From the human T2T-CHM13v2.0 reference genome, Homo sapiens, in assembly GCF_009914755.1 (NCBI RefSeq), contig NC_060947.1: DNA of 64,000 bases; one strand, 5' to 3'. Position 1 is the first letter of the stretch; each line of letters opens with the position of its first letter. The notes under the pieces were generated by a model. It did no database searches and was not told where the DNA came from. It saw only the letters and a list, made by a program, of their open reading frames with translations. This document shows, in pieces, positions 26,643 to 39,479 of the stretch. The position numbers were made by a program, and so were the translations under genes.

Positions 26643-29600
26643 GTTTTATATATCTTTCTTGATTTTCTGTCTACTTGTTTTTTTAATTACTGAAAGTTTT
26701 AACGTTTCCATTCCATATATGTTTTGATATTTTTATCTTTTCATTCAACATTTTCTTTTGCTTCGTGTACTTTTAAACTCCATATTTTTATGTGTATCGA
26801 TAATTCATATTTTTTGCATCTTCTTGATAAACTGAACGACTTTATCATTGTGTAACATCCTTTTTTTATTCCTGATAATATATCTTCTGAAACCTATGTT
26901 TTTCGATATCAATAAATTCAACTGAATTTTCTTTGGATTAGAGTTTGTTTGCCAGAATATTTCATCCTTTTACTTTTATCCTAATTATGCTTTTGTTTTA
27001 AAGTCAATTTGTTGTAAACAGCATATTGTTGACTCTTGTCTGTTCAGTCTGGCAATCTCTGTATTTACCTAGTATACATAGGCCATTAATATTTAATATA
27101 ACTGTAGATATGATTGGTTTAAAATTTGTCATTTTTCTAATCATTTTTTATTCTTTTTTCTTATTCTTTATATTAAGTCACTATTATAATTCAATTTTAT
27201 CTCATTATATTTAATTTTATATCTTAAATGTTATTTATATCTTAAATGATATAAATTTTATATCTTAAATGTTGTTTAAGTTTAAAAATCTTTAAATTAT
27301 TATTGGTTACTCTAAAGTTCCTGACATACATCTTTATTTAATCACAATCTACCTTCAAATAATGTACTGCTTTATATATAGTATCTGAAATTTGCAACAA
27401 TACATGTAGTCCCTCTTTCTCCTTTCTATGTTTTGTGATTTTTTCTCATTTATTTTAATTTTACATTTTGTATAAACACACATTATATTGTCACTATTTT
27501 TGTGCTTAGTAATCAATTATCTTTAGAGTGATTAAAAGCAACTTAAAATTAATTTTATATTGACCTTAATATTTACCATTTCCAGCAGTCTTCATTTCTT
27601 TCTAAGGATCCAAGTGTCTTTCTGGTATTATATCTCCTTCGAATAACTTTATTTAACATCTTTTAAAGTGCAATTCTGTCTACAATGAGTGATTTTCGCT
27701 TTAGATTCCTTGAAAATGTCTATTTCTGCATTTTTGAAACATTTTTATTGAATACAGACTTGTTGGTTATTTTTCTCTTTGAGTATTGTAATGATACCAC
27801 TCTTTTGACTGTTTTTTGTAGTTTATGACAAGAAAGAAACCTGATGTTATTCTTATATTTGTTCTTCTGTAGTGATGTGATCTCTCACCTTCTGATATCT
27901 CGAAAGCTTTTTTTTTTATTTTCAGCAGTTTAAATATTATGTATATCTGTGTATTTTTGCATGTGAGTGTGCATGTGTGTATGAGAAAGAAAGACAGGGT
28001 TTGTGTGGTTGGGGCATTTATTATGCTTGCTGTTATCTGACATTCTTGGAGTGGTATGTTTTTCATCACTTTTGGAAAGTTTTCAGTTGTAGTCTTCTCA
28101 AATATTTCTTCTGCTTAATTCTCTCTTTTTTCTTGGAATCCAATTACACATAACTTAATTGATATTGTCCTAATGTTTGATATCCTGGACGTCTTATTCC
28201 CTTTTGTGTGTTTTGCTATGGATAATTTCTATTGACCCATCTTAAAGTTTGGTGTTTCTTCTGCTTTATCAAGTTTATTGATAAGCCCGTCAAACATATG
28301 CTTTATCTTTAATATTATGTTTCTGTTTTAAGCATTTCCATTTGATTCCTTTTTCATATTTTACATCTCTTTGCTGAAATTGCCCATCTGTTTATGCATG
28401 CTGTAATTATTTTCCATATATAGCCTTCAACTTGTTAATCAGTTATTTTAAAAGTCTTCTCTTCTAATACCACCTTTTGAGCCAAATCAGTCTTATTGAT
28501 AATTTTGTTTCTCATAATGTTTTTTCCTTATCATGTGACTCATTTTTTTATTAATGATGGACATTATGTATACAACAGTGAATTCAGAGGTAAATATTTC
28601 TTGTTCTTGGAAATTTGGACATTTCTTTTGCTTCTATTGTCGCTAAGTCTTTACTGTTATGTGATTGAATCAATCTAGTCAGGAGCTGAACTGCATTTCT
28701 GTTTTATTGTTTACCTGTGGTGCACTAAACTCTTTAAATGCCTCTAGTTTTGCATTGTGCTTAGGATAAAAAAATTGGTTACTTAAAATTTTTTCTCACT
28801 TTTCCATTTCCATCAACAGTTTTAGCCTTTACCTGTGAGCCAGAGCCTCAGAGAGCAGCAATCTCTCTGCACTCTTGCTTAATCCCCCAGAGGTAGTGTG
28901 TTACTGCATGTTATGCAGTGTTTGCTGGTGTATTGGGCAGAAGTTGTTGGAGGTTTCCCTGTTATCCTGGTTCATTGTCAGACCTACGCGGGCCTGTATC
29001 CCTGATTTTTGGGAGTGGTATTTTCTCAATGATACTTCGTATCTACAACAGTGAAACCCTGCCTTGTGTCTTTAACGGAGTTCTGTTTTTGTCTTTCCTT
29101 TAGTAAAAGTGGATGGGTAATGGTCTAAGCTCAGGATGATTTCCTGCACCTCTTTGCAGGGATAGAGAATTTTTATGTCTATTTTGTTTTCTTTTTTCCT
29201 TTATCCAGTAATAGAACTTCAAATGTGTCCTAGGGGAGACAGATTTTACTATCCTTTCTACAGTGACTTGAGACTTATGTTCTGTAGAAACATAGTGGAT
29301 AAAGATCTAAGCAGGGTGTCTTGACTTTCCTCAACTGACACTGATATTTTCCTCCAGGCTTGTAGCAATGAGAGTAGTTCTGTCTATTATCCCACTCTAG
29401 GCCCCGTACTTTTCATGAGGGCACTGTAAGTTTCATGAATAACAGACAGGAAGTGGGTGCAAACTGCCCTACATCTCCAGCTTCCAGAATTTCTATACTG
29501 TAATACTAACCTACACTAAGCCTTTAGAAATTAGTGTAAAAGTATATTTTAAATATTCTCCCCTATTTCTATAGCAGTGCTATCTTTCTTCCATGCTCTG

Positions 29601-29790
29601 CTGCTGGTAAACAAATATGTGATTTTAGTATTTCCTGAAAGATACCTTTCTTTTCCTTAGGTTTACTTCAGTTTTTTGATGAGCTCAAGAAATGTTATTA
29701 TTTTTTAGATTTTCTGTTTTATTTTGTGTTCTTTACTTTGGGAATGATTCTCCTTCCAACTTTCTATAAACAGGCAAAGCCAGAAATCCT
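26643..29790 (-). mobile_element. Ancient L1M segment 3 (ORF2 start, ORF1, 5'UTR)
   Basis: Continues the host after the L1PA8 TSD. ORF1-like remnant in ORF 27767-28069 (RRTNIRITSGF). Ends at an old-L1M-like 5' start. Confidence 0.6.
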
Positions 29791-30900
29791 AACTTCCATT
29801 TGTAAAGGATCACTATAGCTTCTGTGTTAAGAACAGACCAAAGGGCAGCAAGTGTGGAAGTAGATTTTGTAGTTTAAAATTTATTGTAGAAATATAGGTA
29901 ATAAATTATGGTTATTTGACCAAAAATTGTAGCAACATAAGTAATAGAAATTCAACAAATTCTGAATGTATTTTAAAGACAGAGTCAAAATAATTTTCTC
30001 ACTGATTAGATGGGAGGTATAAGAGAAAGGGTAATCAGGGATTCCTCTAAGAATTCCTTTTGAGCAAGTGGGAAAATAGGATTGACATTTTAAAAACTAG
30101 GTAAGTATATGAAAATAGTAGGTTTGAGGGAAACACTAGAAGCATTTTTTGGGGGGAGGAAACATGTTATGTTTAAGGTATCTATCAGGTATTCATGTGT
30201 GATATATGAGTCTAAAGATATAGAATTTTATCTTCAAATAATTATAGATTGGATTTATACATTTGATGATTATCAAAGTATGGAAAATATTTAAATCACT
30301 GAGACTGGATGAGATCCCCAAGGCAGTGTGTGGGTTTTAAGAAAATAAAATGTTCAAGGAGTGATACCAGGGTATTTTAACATGATGTTGGCAAGGAGGG
30401 GAAATCAGTAAAGGAAACTGAGCTAAAGATGACAGAAATGTAGAAAGAAAACCATAATGATAGTGAGGTTTTATGAATTACAAAAATGTTTCTGGAGAAG
30501 GGATGAATCAACTTTATCACACGCTGCTGATAGATTAAGATGAAGACTGAGGTCTGACCAATGTCCCTGATTAGGCAGTAGAGGATAAGATCTTATTCAT
30601 AAGTTGAATATTTTACTTTTTATAAAAGTAGAGACATTTTATACATTGTGAAAGGTGGAAATACAGCAGATATAGTACAGTCATTTGGAGTAAATGAATA
30701 GTGGCAGTAGAACTGTGTGTGTGTGTGTGTTTATGTGTGTGGATTAGGAAACAAGTTCACCAGCAGGTGATAAATACTGGAAATGAAGATAAGAAAATTT
30801 ATGGGGAGAGAAGAAAGTGTGAAACAGTCATCCAGGTGAGTGGAGGAGTGAACAAATTAGGGAACTGAAGTCAGATTGCCAAGCAGCACCAAGAGCTTTC
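29791..30900 (-). mobile_element. L2, right part of the split element
   Basis: aaaggatcactatagcttctgtg, ttttaaagacagagtcaa, gagactggatgagatcccc, gctgctgatagattaagatgaagactgag. Confidence 0.7.
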
Positions 30901-30994
30901 ATGAGGCTATTTTTTTAAGTCAGTTGACTGTCCTTGAGAAAACTGAAACATTCAAACACAAGTTTATGGATACATAGTTTTTCCTTTCTCAATG

Positions 30995-31455
30995 AAATAG
31001 CTCACAAATAGCAAATATTTTTAGCTATTCCTATAAGTAGTGGAGTCTATTTTCTACCCTTTGGATCTGTGCTGACCTTGTGACTCGCTTTCACCAATTG
31101 AATGAGAAAAAGATGAGATTATGCAAGGTCTCAAGAAGCTTGCAGTTTTCACTTTCACTCTGTTGGAACACTGTTGCCATGTGAAAATCATGGTAAGCCT
31201 CTTTTAGGATGAGTGACCATGTGAAGAGAGAGGCACACTTATCCAACAATATCAGTTATACCAGACTTTCCAGCCTCCCAGATAAGGCATCAATCCTATG
31301 TGTAAGACCAGTGGAGACCATAAGGGGCAGAGATAAGGTGATTTAGCTGAATACAGCTCAAATTGTCAACCTACAGAATTATGAGTAAATAAATTTTTGT
31401 TATTTTAAACTATAGTTTGTTTTTATTTATGCACCAGAAATGAAAAAGAAATACC
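30995..31455 (+). mobile_element. MLT1 (F/G/H-like) LTR
   Basis: ggagtctattttctaccctttggatctgtgctgaccttgtgactcgcttt...cctacagaattatgagtaaataaa. Confidence 0.65.
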
Positions 31456-31669
31456 CCCACCCAAACTATCCTTAGACACAGTAATTTAAGTGACTTCCTC
31501 TAAGTCAGTCCTGCATGATTGAGCAATCTATCATACTTGATACAAAGTGGTGATTAGCTTAGATATTATTTACTCAGGAGGCTTCTAATACCTCACCATG
31601 CTGATTTAGGTGGCTATGTTATGTGATCTTACAGGAATCTCTTCTCCCACATTCACATGACTTAGTTGT

Positions 31670-31825
31670 AATGACCGTTTACCTCTTTCTTTTGCAATAG
31701 ACTGGAAACTCAATGACAGAAAGCATGAGTCTGTCTTGCTCATTACTATATCTGTCTCACAAACAGTGTATAGTATTTGTTGTAACAATGAAAGCTCATA
31801 GACATTTTCTGATAAAATAGAATAG
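31670..31825 (+). mobile_element. L2 3' fragment
   Basis: tagactggaaactcaatgacag..tgtcttgctcatt motif. Confidence 0.45.
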
Positions 31826-31847
31826 AGCACTCTGTATAAAAGAAATG

Positions 31848-32066
31848 GGAGATGGCGCCAGATGACAGAATAGAATGCTGCACCAATCATCATCCCTGCA
31901 ATGACATCAATTTAACAACTGTCTATACAGAAAAAGCACCCTCATAGGAACCAAAAATCAGGTGAGCCCTCGTAGTACCTGGTTTTAATTATGTATTCCT
32001 GAAAGAGGCACTGAAAACAGAAAAAAAAAACAGTCTTGAATTACTTATATCACCACCCCCTCCCCG

Positions 32067-32116
<50 letters not shown>

Positions 32117-34526
32117 GGCATGCTGGTGCAGAGAGCCTCTCTGGGTGCGGGAGGAGGAAGAACATAGAAATTGTGAGACATTGAACTCAATGCTGTCATA
32201 TCAGAACAGAAAGGAAAATTGGACCAAATGCAGCTGATGCCTGATCACAGAGGGAGCATTTAAAGCAGCCCTAGCCAGAGGGGAATCACCAATCACAGTG
32301 GACTGAACTTGAGTGCCTGCAAACCTCACCACAGAGGGCTACAGCACTCTGTGTCTCCAAGTAAACCTGAAAGGCAATCTGGGCCATAAAGTCTGCAAAT
32401 CTTAGATGAGTCTTAGTGTGGAATTTGGCCCAGAGACGGTGGCATGGGTGGGGGCGCACATGACGTACTGAGAAACCAGCTGGAGCAGCCAAGGGAGTGC
32501 TGGCATCACCACTCCACTAACCCCGTAATTCAGAGCTCACAGCTCCAAAAGAGACCCCTTCTTTCTGCATAAAGGAGAGGGAAGCATGGAAAGAACTTTT
32601 TCTTACATCCAAGATACCAGCTCAGCCACAGCACAATAGGGGGCTGTTCAGTTGTGAGGCCCCTGTTCCAGGACCTAGCTCCCACATGAGATTTTTAGAC
32701 ACATTCTGAGCAGGAAGGGAACTCTGCCTTGAAGGGAATAACCTAGCATTTATCACCTGCTAACTCAGGAGTCCTTGGGTCCTGAACAATCAGCAGCGAT
32801 GTCCAGGTACTACATCACGGGCCTTCAGTGAGCCTCAGACTTGCTGGATTAATGTGAGATTCAGAACATTGCCAGCTGCGGTGGCTACAGAGCAAAATTG
32901 TACCTGCTTGAGAAAAGCAGAGAGAAAAGTAAAGGGTACTTTGCCTTGCAACTCTGGTACCAGTATGGCCAGAGGAGGGTAGAGCAACAAGTAGGCTTTC
33001 AGGGTCCCTGATTTCAGGGCTTTACTCTTGGATGGCATCGCTCGACCTGCCTTGGGCCAGAGGGGAGCTCACATCCCTGAATGGCAAGCCCCAGGCCAGG
33101 CAGCATTTACCACAAGCTGACTTTAGAGCCCTTGGACCTTAGGAGAATATGGGCAGTAGTCTGGCAGAACTCCCCGTGGCCTATGGTGGCGGTGGCTATG
33201 GGATAAGTCTTCTCAGACTTTGAAAAGGGGAAGGAAGAGTTGGAAGGATTGCATCATGTAGTTTCAATGCCAACTCAGCCACAGAACAGTAAAACACCAG
33301 GTAGACTTCTAAGGTTTTTGACTCTAATTTCTGACCCCGGGTGGCACCTCTGAACCCAACTGTAACCTAGAACTCTTAATGCCCTGAAGAGAAGAACACA
33401 GGCCTGCCTGGCTTTGCCACCTGCTGATTGCAGAGCTGCAGGGCTTGAGCTAACATAGGCAGTAGCCAGGGAGTGGTTACAGCAGGCATTGGGCTAGACT
33501 CAATGCTGTGTTGGCTTTAGGTCTGGCTCAGTGCAGTCATAGTGGTGGTGGCCAGAGGAGTGTTTGTGTCACTTAACCCTTAGTCTTAGATGGCTCAGAA
33601 CAGAAAGTGAGATACTTTAATTATTTGAAAAAAGTAAGGGGAAAAAAACAAGAGTCTCTGATCAGTATTCCAGATAATTCTCCTGGATATTGTCCAAGAT
33701 TGTCAAGGTGGTACCTCTATGAATCTGAAAGAATCACAGCATTACTTGGCTTGGGGTGCCCCCTAAAGCAGATACACCTTAGATCGCCACACCCAAGTTC
33801 TTTCAAATATCTGGAAAGCCTTCCAGAAGGATGGGTACAAACAAGCCGACAGTGAAGATTACAATAAACAATTAACTCTTCAATGCCCAAACACATTATC
33901 CTGGATGGTGTTGCCGACGTCAACACCATCCAGGATAATGTGACTTCATCAAGTGAACTAAGCAAAGCACCAGGGACCAACCCTGGAGAAACAGAGATAT
34001 ATGACCTTTCAGATGGAGAATTCAAAATATCTGAATTGAGGAAGTTCAAAGAAATTCAAGATGACACAGAGAAGGAATTCAGAATTCTATCAGATAAATT
34101 TAATAAAAGATTGAAATAATTAAAAAGAATCAAGCAGAATTTCTGGAGCTGAAATATTTAACTGGCATAGTGAAGAATAGACTAGAGTCCTTTAGTAGGA
34201 GAACTGATTAAGCAGAGGAAAGAATTATTGAATTTAGAGACAGCTATTTCAAAATACAAATTCAGAGGAGACACAAGAAAAAATAATAAACAAATAATGA
34301 AGCATGCATATAGCATCTAGAAAACAGCTTCAAAAGGGCAAATCTAAGAGTTATTGGCCTTAAAGAGGAAGTGTAGAAAGAAACAGAGGTAGAAGGTTTA
34401 TTCAGAGATAATAACAGAGAACTTCCTAAACCTAGAGAAAGATATCCATATCTGAATTCAAAAAAGGTATAGAACACCAAGCATATTTAACACAAAAAAG
34501 ACTACCACAAGGCATTTAATAATTGA
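31848..34526 (+). mobile_element. L1MA1-3 5'UTR plus partial ORF1, 3'-truncated
   Basis: ~2-kb 5'UTR. ORF 33883-34119 is the ORF1p N-terminus (KAPGTNPGETEIYDLSDGEFKI). Homologous to the antisense copy at 61700-63187. Confidence 0.85.
32069..32114. repeat. (CA)23 microsatellite
   Basis: Read directly from the sequence. Confidence 0.95.
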
Positions 34527-35019
34527 ACTAAATGCCCACAAGAGAAAGCAGGAAAGATCTAAAATCAACACCATAACGCCAAATTTAAAGAACTAGAGAA
34601 GCAAGAGCGAACAAATTCAAAAGCTAACCGAAGACACGAAATAACTAAGATCAGAGCAGAACTGAAGGAGATAGAGACATGGAAAAACCTTCAAAAAATC
34701 AATGAATCCAGGAGCTGGTTTTTTGAAAAGATCAACAAAATAGATAGACCGCTAGCCAGACTAATAAAGAAGAAAAGAGAGAAGAATCAAATAGATGCAA
34801 TAAAAAATGATAAATGAGATATCACCACTGATCCCACAGAAATACAAACTACAATCAGAGAATACTATAAATACCTCTACACAAATAAACTATAAAATAT
34901 AGAAGAAATTGATAAATTCTTGGACACAGACACCCTCCCAAGTCTAAACCAGGAAGAAGTTGAATCCCTGAATAGATCAATAACAAGTTCTGAAATCAAG
35001 GCAGTAATTAATAGCCTCC
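34527..35019 (+). mobile_element. L1PA7/8-like internal ORF2 fragment, no tail or TSD
   Basis: actaaatgcccacaagagaaagcaggaaagatct...gcagtaattaatagcct, with low divergence from L1PA. Confidence 0.85.
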
Positions 35020-35811
35020 AGTATTTTTCTAAGGTATGTTCAGTGCAAACTATTTCAAAATAAAGCAATTTATTAAAAAATTACCTACTATGAGAACTTA
35101 GTTAAATAAATTATGGTACATCTAAAGACTGAATATTTAGGAATTAGGGATAATGTGGCCAAAATTATATGAATCTATGGAAATGCTAAGGTTCTCAATG
35201 AAAAAACAGCATAATAATAAACACTATTTCTAAATTGTATCGCCTTTAGGAAAATGCTGAATCCTGTTTACTGGAGGACCTTTGCTTTGCTGAGCACCTT
35301 GATGGAAATGATCATGAAAACTGTGGTAGCAGGTAGCAGGTAAGACATAATTTAATTATTCTGCAAAGCACATGGTACAGCAGGTGAAATTATGTTGGGA
35401 AAATCCCGGAGGGGTAGAAATGAGCTAGTAAGGAAGTATAGGAAGAAAAATCATATATACCTGTTCTAAGCTTGACCAAGAAGAAACTTTAAAAAACAAA
35501 AACATATGAAACAAATTTTATATTGTTTTCTCTATGTAAGTGATCACTGGGTGTAGTAGTCAGGGACGCAGGGGAATTTAGGGATGTGATATAAATTCTC
35601 TCTCCTAGCTCCTCTACAAAATTTTTAATAAAGTTCACACTTCTTAACAAGGCTTTTATGCAAGTAAAGTCACTTGGTGAAAACTGAGACTGTACATAGG
35701 ATGAATAAAGAAGAGTTGCCTATTGGGAATAAGAAATTATTTTTTTAAATATAATCCTCGTATTTAAAAAATGATATGTGAGAATTTTATATGTATATTC
35801 ATGTGGGTTAT

Positions 35812-35816
<5 letters not shown>

Positions 35817-35850
<34 letters not shown>
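35817..35850. repeat. (TG)17 microsatellite within a degraded L1M 3' fragment
   Basis: Read directly from the sequence. Confidence 0.9.
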
Positions 35851-35851
<1 letters not shown>

Positions 35852-36329
35852 AGATAGATGGGTGAGAGAGATTGAGATTGAGATTGGAAGTACATGCACA
35901 AAACATATTAAGAGTGATTACCTTTAAGGGGTAGGTTTATGTAATATTAATTTTTCCTTAGTTAATCTGCATATTCTACTGTTTGTGCAATGAAATATTT
36001 TTCTTTTAAATCAGAAAAAAATCCACAAATTGGCTAGAGGCATTATATTAATGTTAACATAAAAATGGCTTTCTTGTCTTTCTTTCTTCTGTATAAATAC
36101 CTTCAGCATGCATATTAAAAACATTTAAAGAGCCATGGAACTAAGAGTGCATTAACTTCATCATGACATATTTTGAGCATTCTTATTCTTTTTCAGATAT
36201 GGCAGTGTTTAAATCGTCCATGCTAAAATAACGTATTTTTCTTTAAACAGTAATTGACAAGAAATTTCTCTTAATTTTCCTAGCATAATTATGGTTAGAT
36301 TGCAAAAAGATAAGACAGATATTTGCTTT

Positions 36330-36730
36330 TGCTATGGTTTGAAGGTGTTTTCTCCAAAATTCATGTTGAAATTTAATCCTCATTGTGGTAGTATTAAGAG
36401 GTGGTGTCTTTTTGAAAATGTTAACCATGAGGACTCTGCCATCATGAATGGATCAGTGCTTCATAAAAGGGCTGGTGGAAACTAGCTTAGTCGCTTTTTG
36501 TCCTTCCATTTCTTCTGCCATATGAGGACTGAGTGTTTGTCCCCTCTGGAGGCTGCAGCAACAAGGCAACATCTTGAAAGCAGAGAACTTTCTTCATCAG
36601 ACACCAAACCTGCTGGCACATTGATCTCGGACTTTCTGGCCTCTGGAACTGTTAGAAACTAAATTTCTGTTCTTTATAAATTACCTAGTCTCAAGCATTT
36701 TGTTATAGGCATCATAAATGGACTAAGACA
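36330..36730 (+). mobile_element. MSTC/MSTD (MaLR) solo LTR
   Basis: tgctatggtttgaa...aatggactaagaca, TG..CA termini, TSD gcttt / gcctt. Confidence 0.85.
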
Positions 36731-36815
36731 GCCTTCATCTGGGGCAAATAACCATTTGAATTCTCTCAAGTCTGGCATAGTAGAAATAAATACCACATAA
36801 GTAGAACCTCTAAAG

Positions 36816-37153
36816 GAGTGCTTCTCAATTATCTGCAATGAAAAAACAGGGTGTTTTTGTTGGCAACCTGTTGTCTAAAAGTACATTTGTAAAATGTAAT
36901 AAAATGAATTATTGAAAAAATACTGACTTCTAGATCCTTTTGACATAACCCTAGAAAAAAAAAGAGCGAAAAGTCGCAAAAACATTCCAAATATAAACCC
37001 AAATATCTTAATAGATTGACCAGGTATAACATAATTTTGTCAAATGGCTATAATTTCTGAATACGCACTCTCAACTTCTGTACTCATCTCTTTGTAAACT
37101 AGCAATGATTTGTGAATCAACATGCGCTATAAATCACACTTTGAATAGTTCTG
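36816..37153. mobile_element. hAT-Charlie-type non-autonomous DNA transposon
   Basis: Ends agtgcttctcaa... and ...cacactttgaatagttctg resemble Charlie terminal inverted repeats. Confidence 0.45.
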
Positions 37154-37409
37154 AAGCAGGTAGTAGAAAAAGTAGGTAAAGATAGGTGGGAAATTTCTTG
37201 TCCTGTTGTATTCATATTAGCTGGACTATAAACATATACAGTTGTAATCTCTGTATTTGAAAATTGATGTGGAAGAATCTGGGAATTGTAAGACCAAGAA
37301 AATATAATGAATGGGAAAAGAGCTTTCATAAATATATGTTACAACAATTAGGATTGTTAAACAGAAAAGAAAAAGAGAATTCTCCAAAAATATAAGGGTT
37401 TTTTTGCTT

Positions 37410-38640
37410 TACTTTTTTTGTAAAAATAAAATATAGATGCAGAATACTATATGAAACTAATTTATAGCTTACCTTATCATGAGGCAAACACCATTGTAAG
37501 CACTAGCCAGGTCAAACAATAGAACTTTTGTCAGCCACTCAAGAAGCCCCTTCAGGTATCTTATCCATATTATAACCCTCTCCTTTCTCCCTCCAAAAAG
37601 TAATCATTACCTTGACTTTTAGAAAAACATATTGCTTTCATTTTCTCACACTTACATCACTGAAGTTCCCCATCCATCCCTTTCTTTTCCTCATAATTTA
37701 TCTGCTGAAAGACTTAGACCATTTAACCTGGATTTTGCTTTATTCAAAATTGTGAAACACTTCAAAAGTTTCCTCTAATCTTTGTGTTTTCTACAAATTG
37801 GCAGCTGGATTCACAGGTTTCATCACATTCAGATATGATCCCTTTGGCAAGGCTATAAATGGTCAATATAATACTCTTAACTAAGAAGCATAGAATGTTC
37901 AGTTTCATTATTTTATTCATTGATGGGTATAAAATGTTGATAATCTATGTTTTTAATTTATTAACTGGAATAGTTTCACACAGAGACATTTCCACTCATG
38001 TAATATTTGTTTTGACACAGATAATATATAAATGGAAAAAAAGTAATTATTGTTAAAAATTGATTTAACAAGTTTTCAAGATAATGAATTAGTTCCCTAT
38101 CCACCTCAGGTAACATTTTTTTTCTTGAATTCATAATCCATAATTTGAAATTCTCGAACTAAATTTAAATTGAGGACTATGATTCTTAAACTCATTTTTT
38201 CTGCATTAAACCTCTAACTCCTTTCTTTCATATCAAGAATTCTGGGTCTTCAAGACACAATGGATAATATAAATATAATAACCTATTTTTGCTCATTTGC
38301 TTTATCCCACACTACTCATTAAGCTGTCTCATAATAACAATACTACTGCTACTACTATTAATTATGATTACTGAAAAATAAGAGATAAAAACCCATAAAT
38401 GCAATCTGTAACATTCTTCTATTAAAGTTGTACTATAGCTATATTGTCAGAGCACACAGCGATATTGTACTACAATTGCTTCCTTTTAACTCTCATTTTG
38501 TCTTAATTTTTCATATGGGTATATATTTAGTTCTCACTACCAGTCTTTATGTTTCTATCTGTCTGGTTATTTTGATTGCCTGATACTTGTTCTCTTGTAA
38601 ATTATTTAGGAAGAAGCCCTGGGAACAATATTTCCTAAGT
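37410..38640 (-). mobile_element. Ancient L1MC/L1ME/HAL1-like fragments
   Basis: ccaggtcaaacaatagaac, ctacaaattggcagctggattc and gggaacaatatttcctaagttct motifs, highly diverged. Confidence 0.45.
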
Positions 38641-39033
38641 TCTCTCTTACTGATAATTTGGAAGTTTACCTATGGGATTCAGGAAGACCCAAAAACTATG
38701 CTACCACCAGCACCACTATTTTCCCAGAATCTGATGCTTTGGTTTTTTCTAAGGGGTGTTGAACACTTTTTATTCTCCACAAAGGGCTAATTGCAAATTA
38801 AATTAAGGATGAAGGAATTCTGGATGACTTTCTTGAAAACTTTGAAGAGATAATAGAATAAATATTCTTCTGCCTGGTATAGTTAGCAGATTATCTGTAT
38901 GAAAGCTATGGAAATGAACTAGCTAATCTCTTCAGATTTTAACTCTGGAATTCCAAGAAATAGAATTAAGGCCCCCATAAAAGAATAGTTCTAATTTACA
39001 ACTGGGGTGTCTCTAAAGTTGTTTGACATTGAG

Positions 39034-39454
39034 ATATATATATACTTTGAATGTATGTCTCCTCCAAATCTAATGTTGAAATGTGATTTCCAATGATGGT
39101 GGTGGGGACTAGTGGGAGATGTTTGGGTCATGGGAGCAGATCTTTCATAAATGGCTTGATGTTGTCCTCATGGTAATGAGTGAGTTCTCATCATGTGAGT
39201 TGACAAGAGATCTGGTTGTTTAAAAGAGCTTGGCACTTCCTCCCTCTCACTCTTTTCATCTCTCTCTTGCCGTGTGACACTGACTCCCCTTCCCTTCCAC
39301 CAGTATTATAAGCTTCTTGAAGACTCACCTCAGGAAGAAGATTCCTGTACTATGCTTTATGTATAGCCTATAAAACCATGAGCCAAATAAACTTTTCTTT
39401 ATTAATTACACAATCTTAGGTATTCCTTTATAGCAATGCAAACATACTAACACA
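39034..39454 (+). mobile_element. MSTB (MaLR) solo LTR
   Basis: ccaaatctaatgttgaaatgtgat..tggtaatgagtgagttctc..tttatagcaatgcaaacatactaacaca. Confidence 0.85.
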
Positions 39455-39479
39455 GGTATGTTGGTTAGAATAGTGCCAG

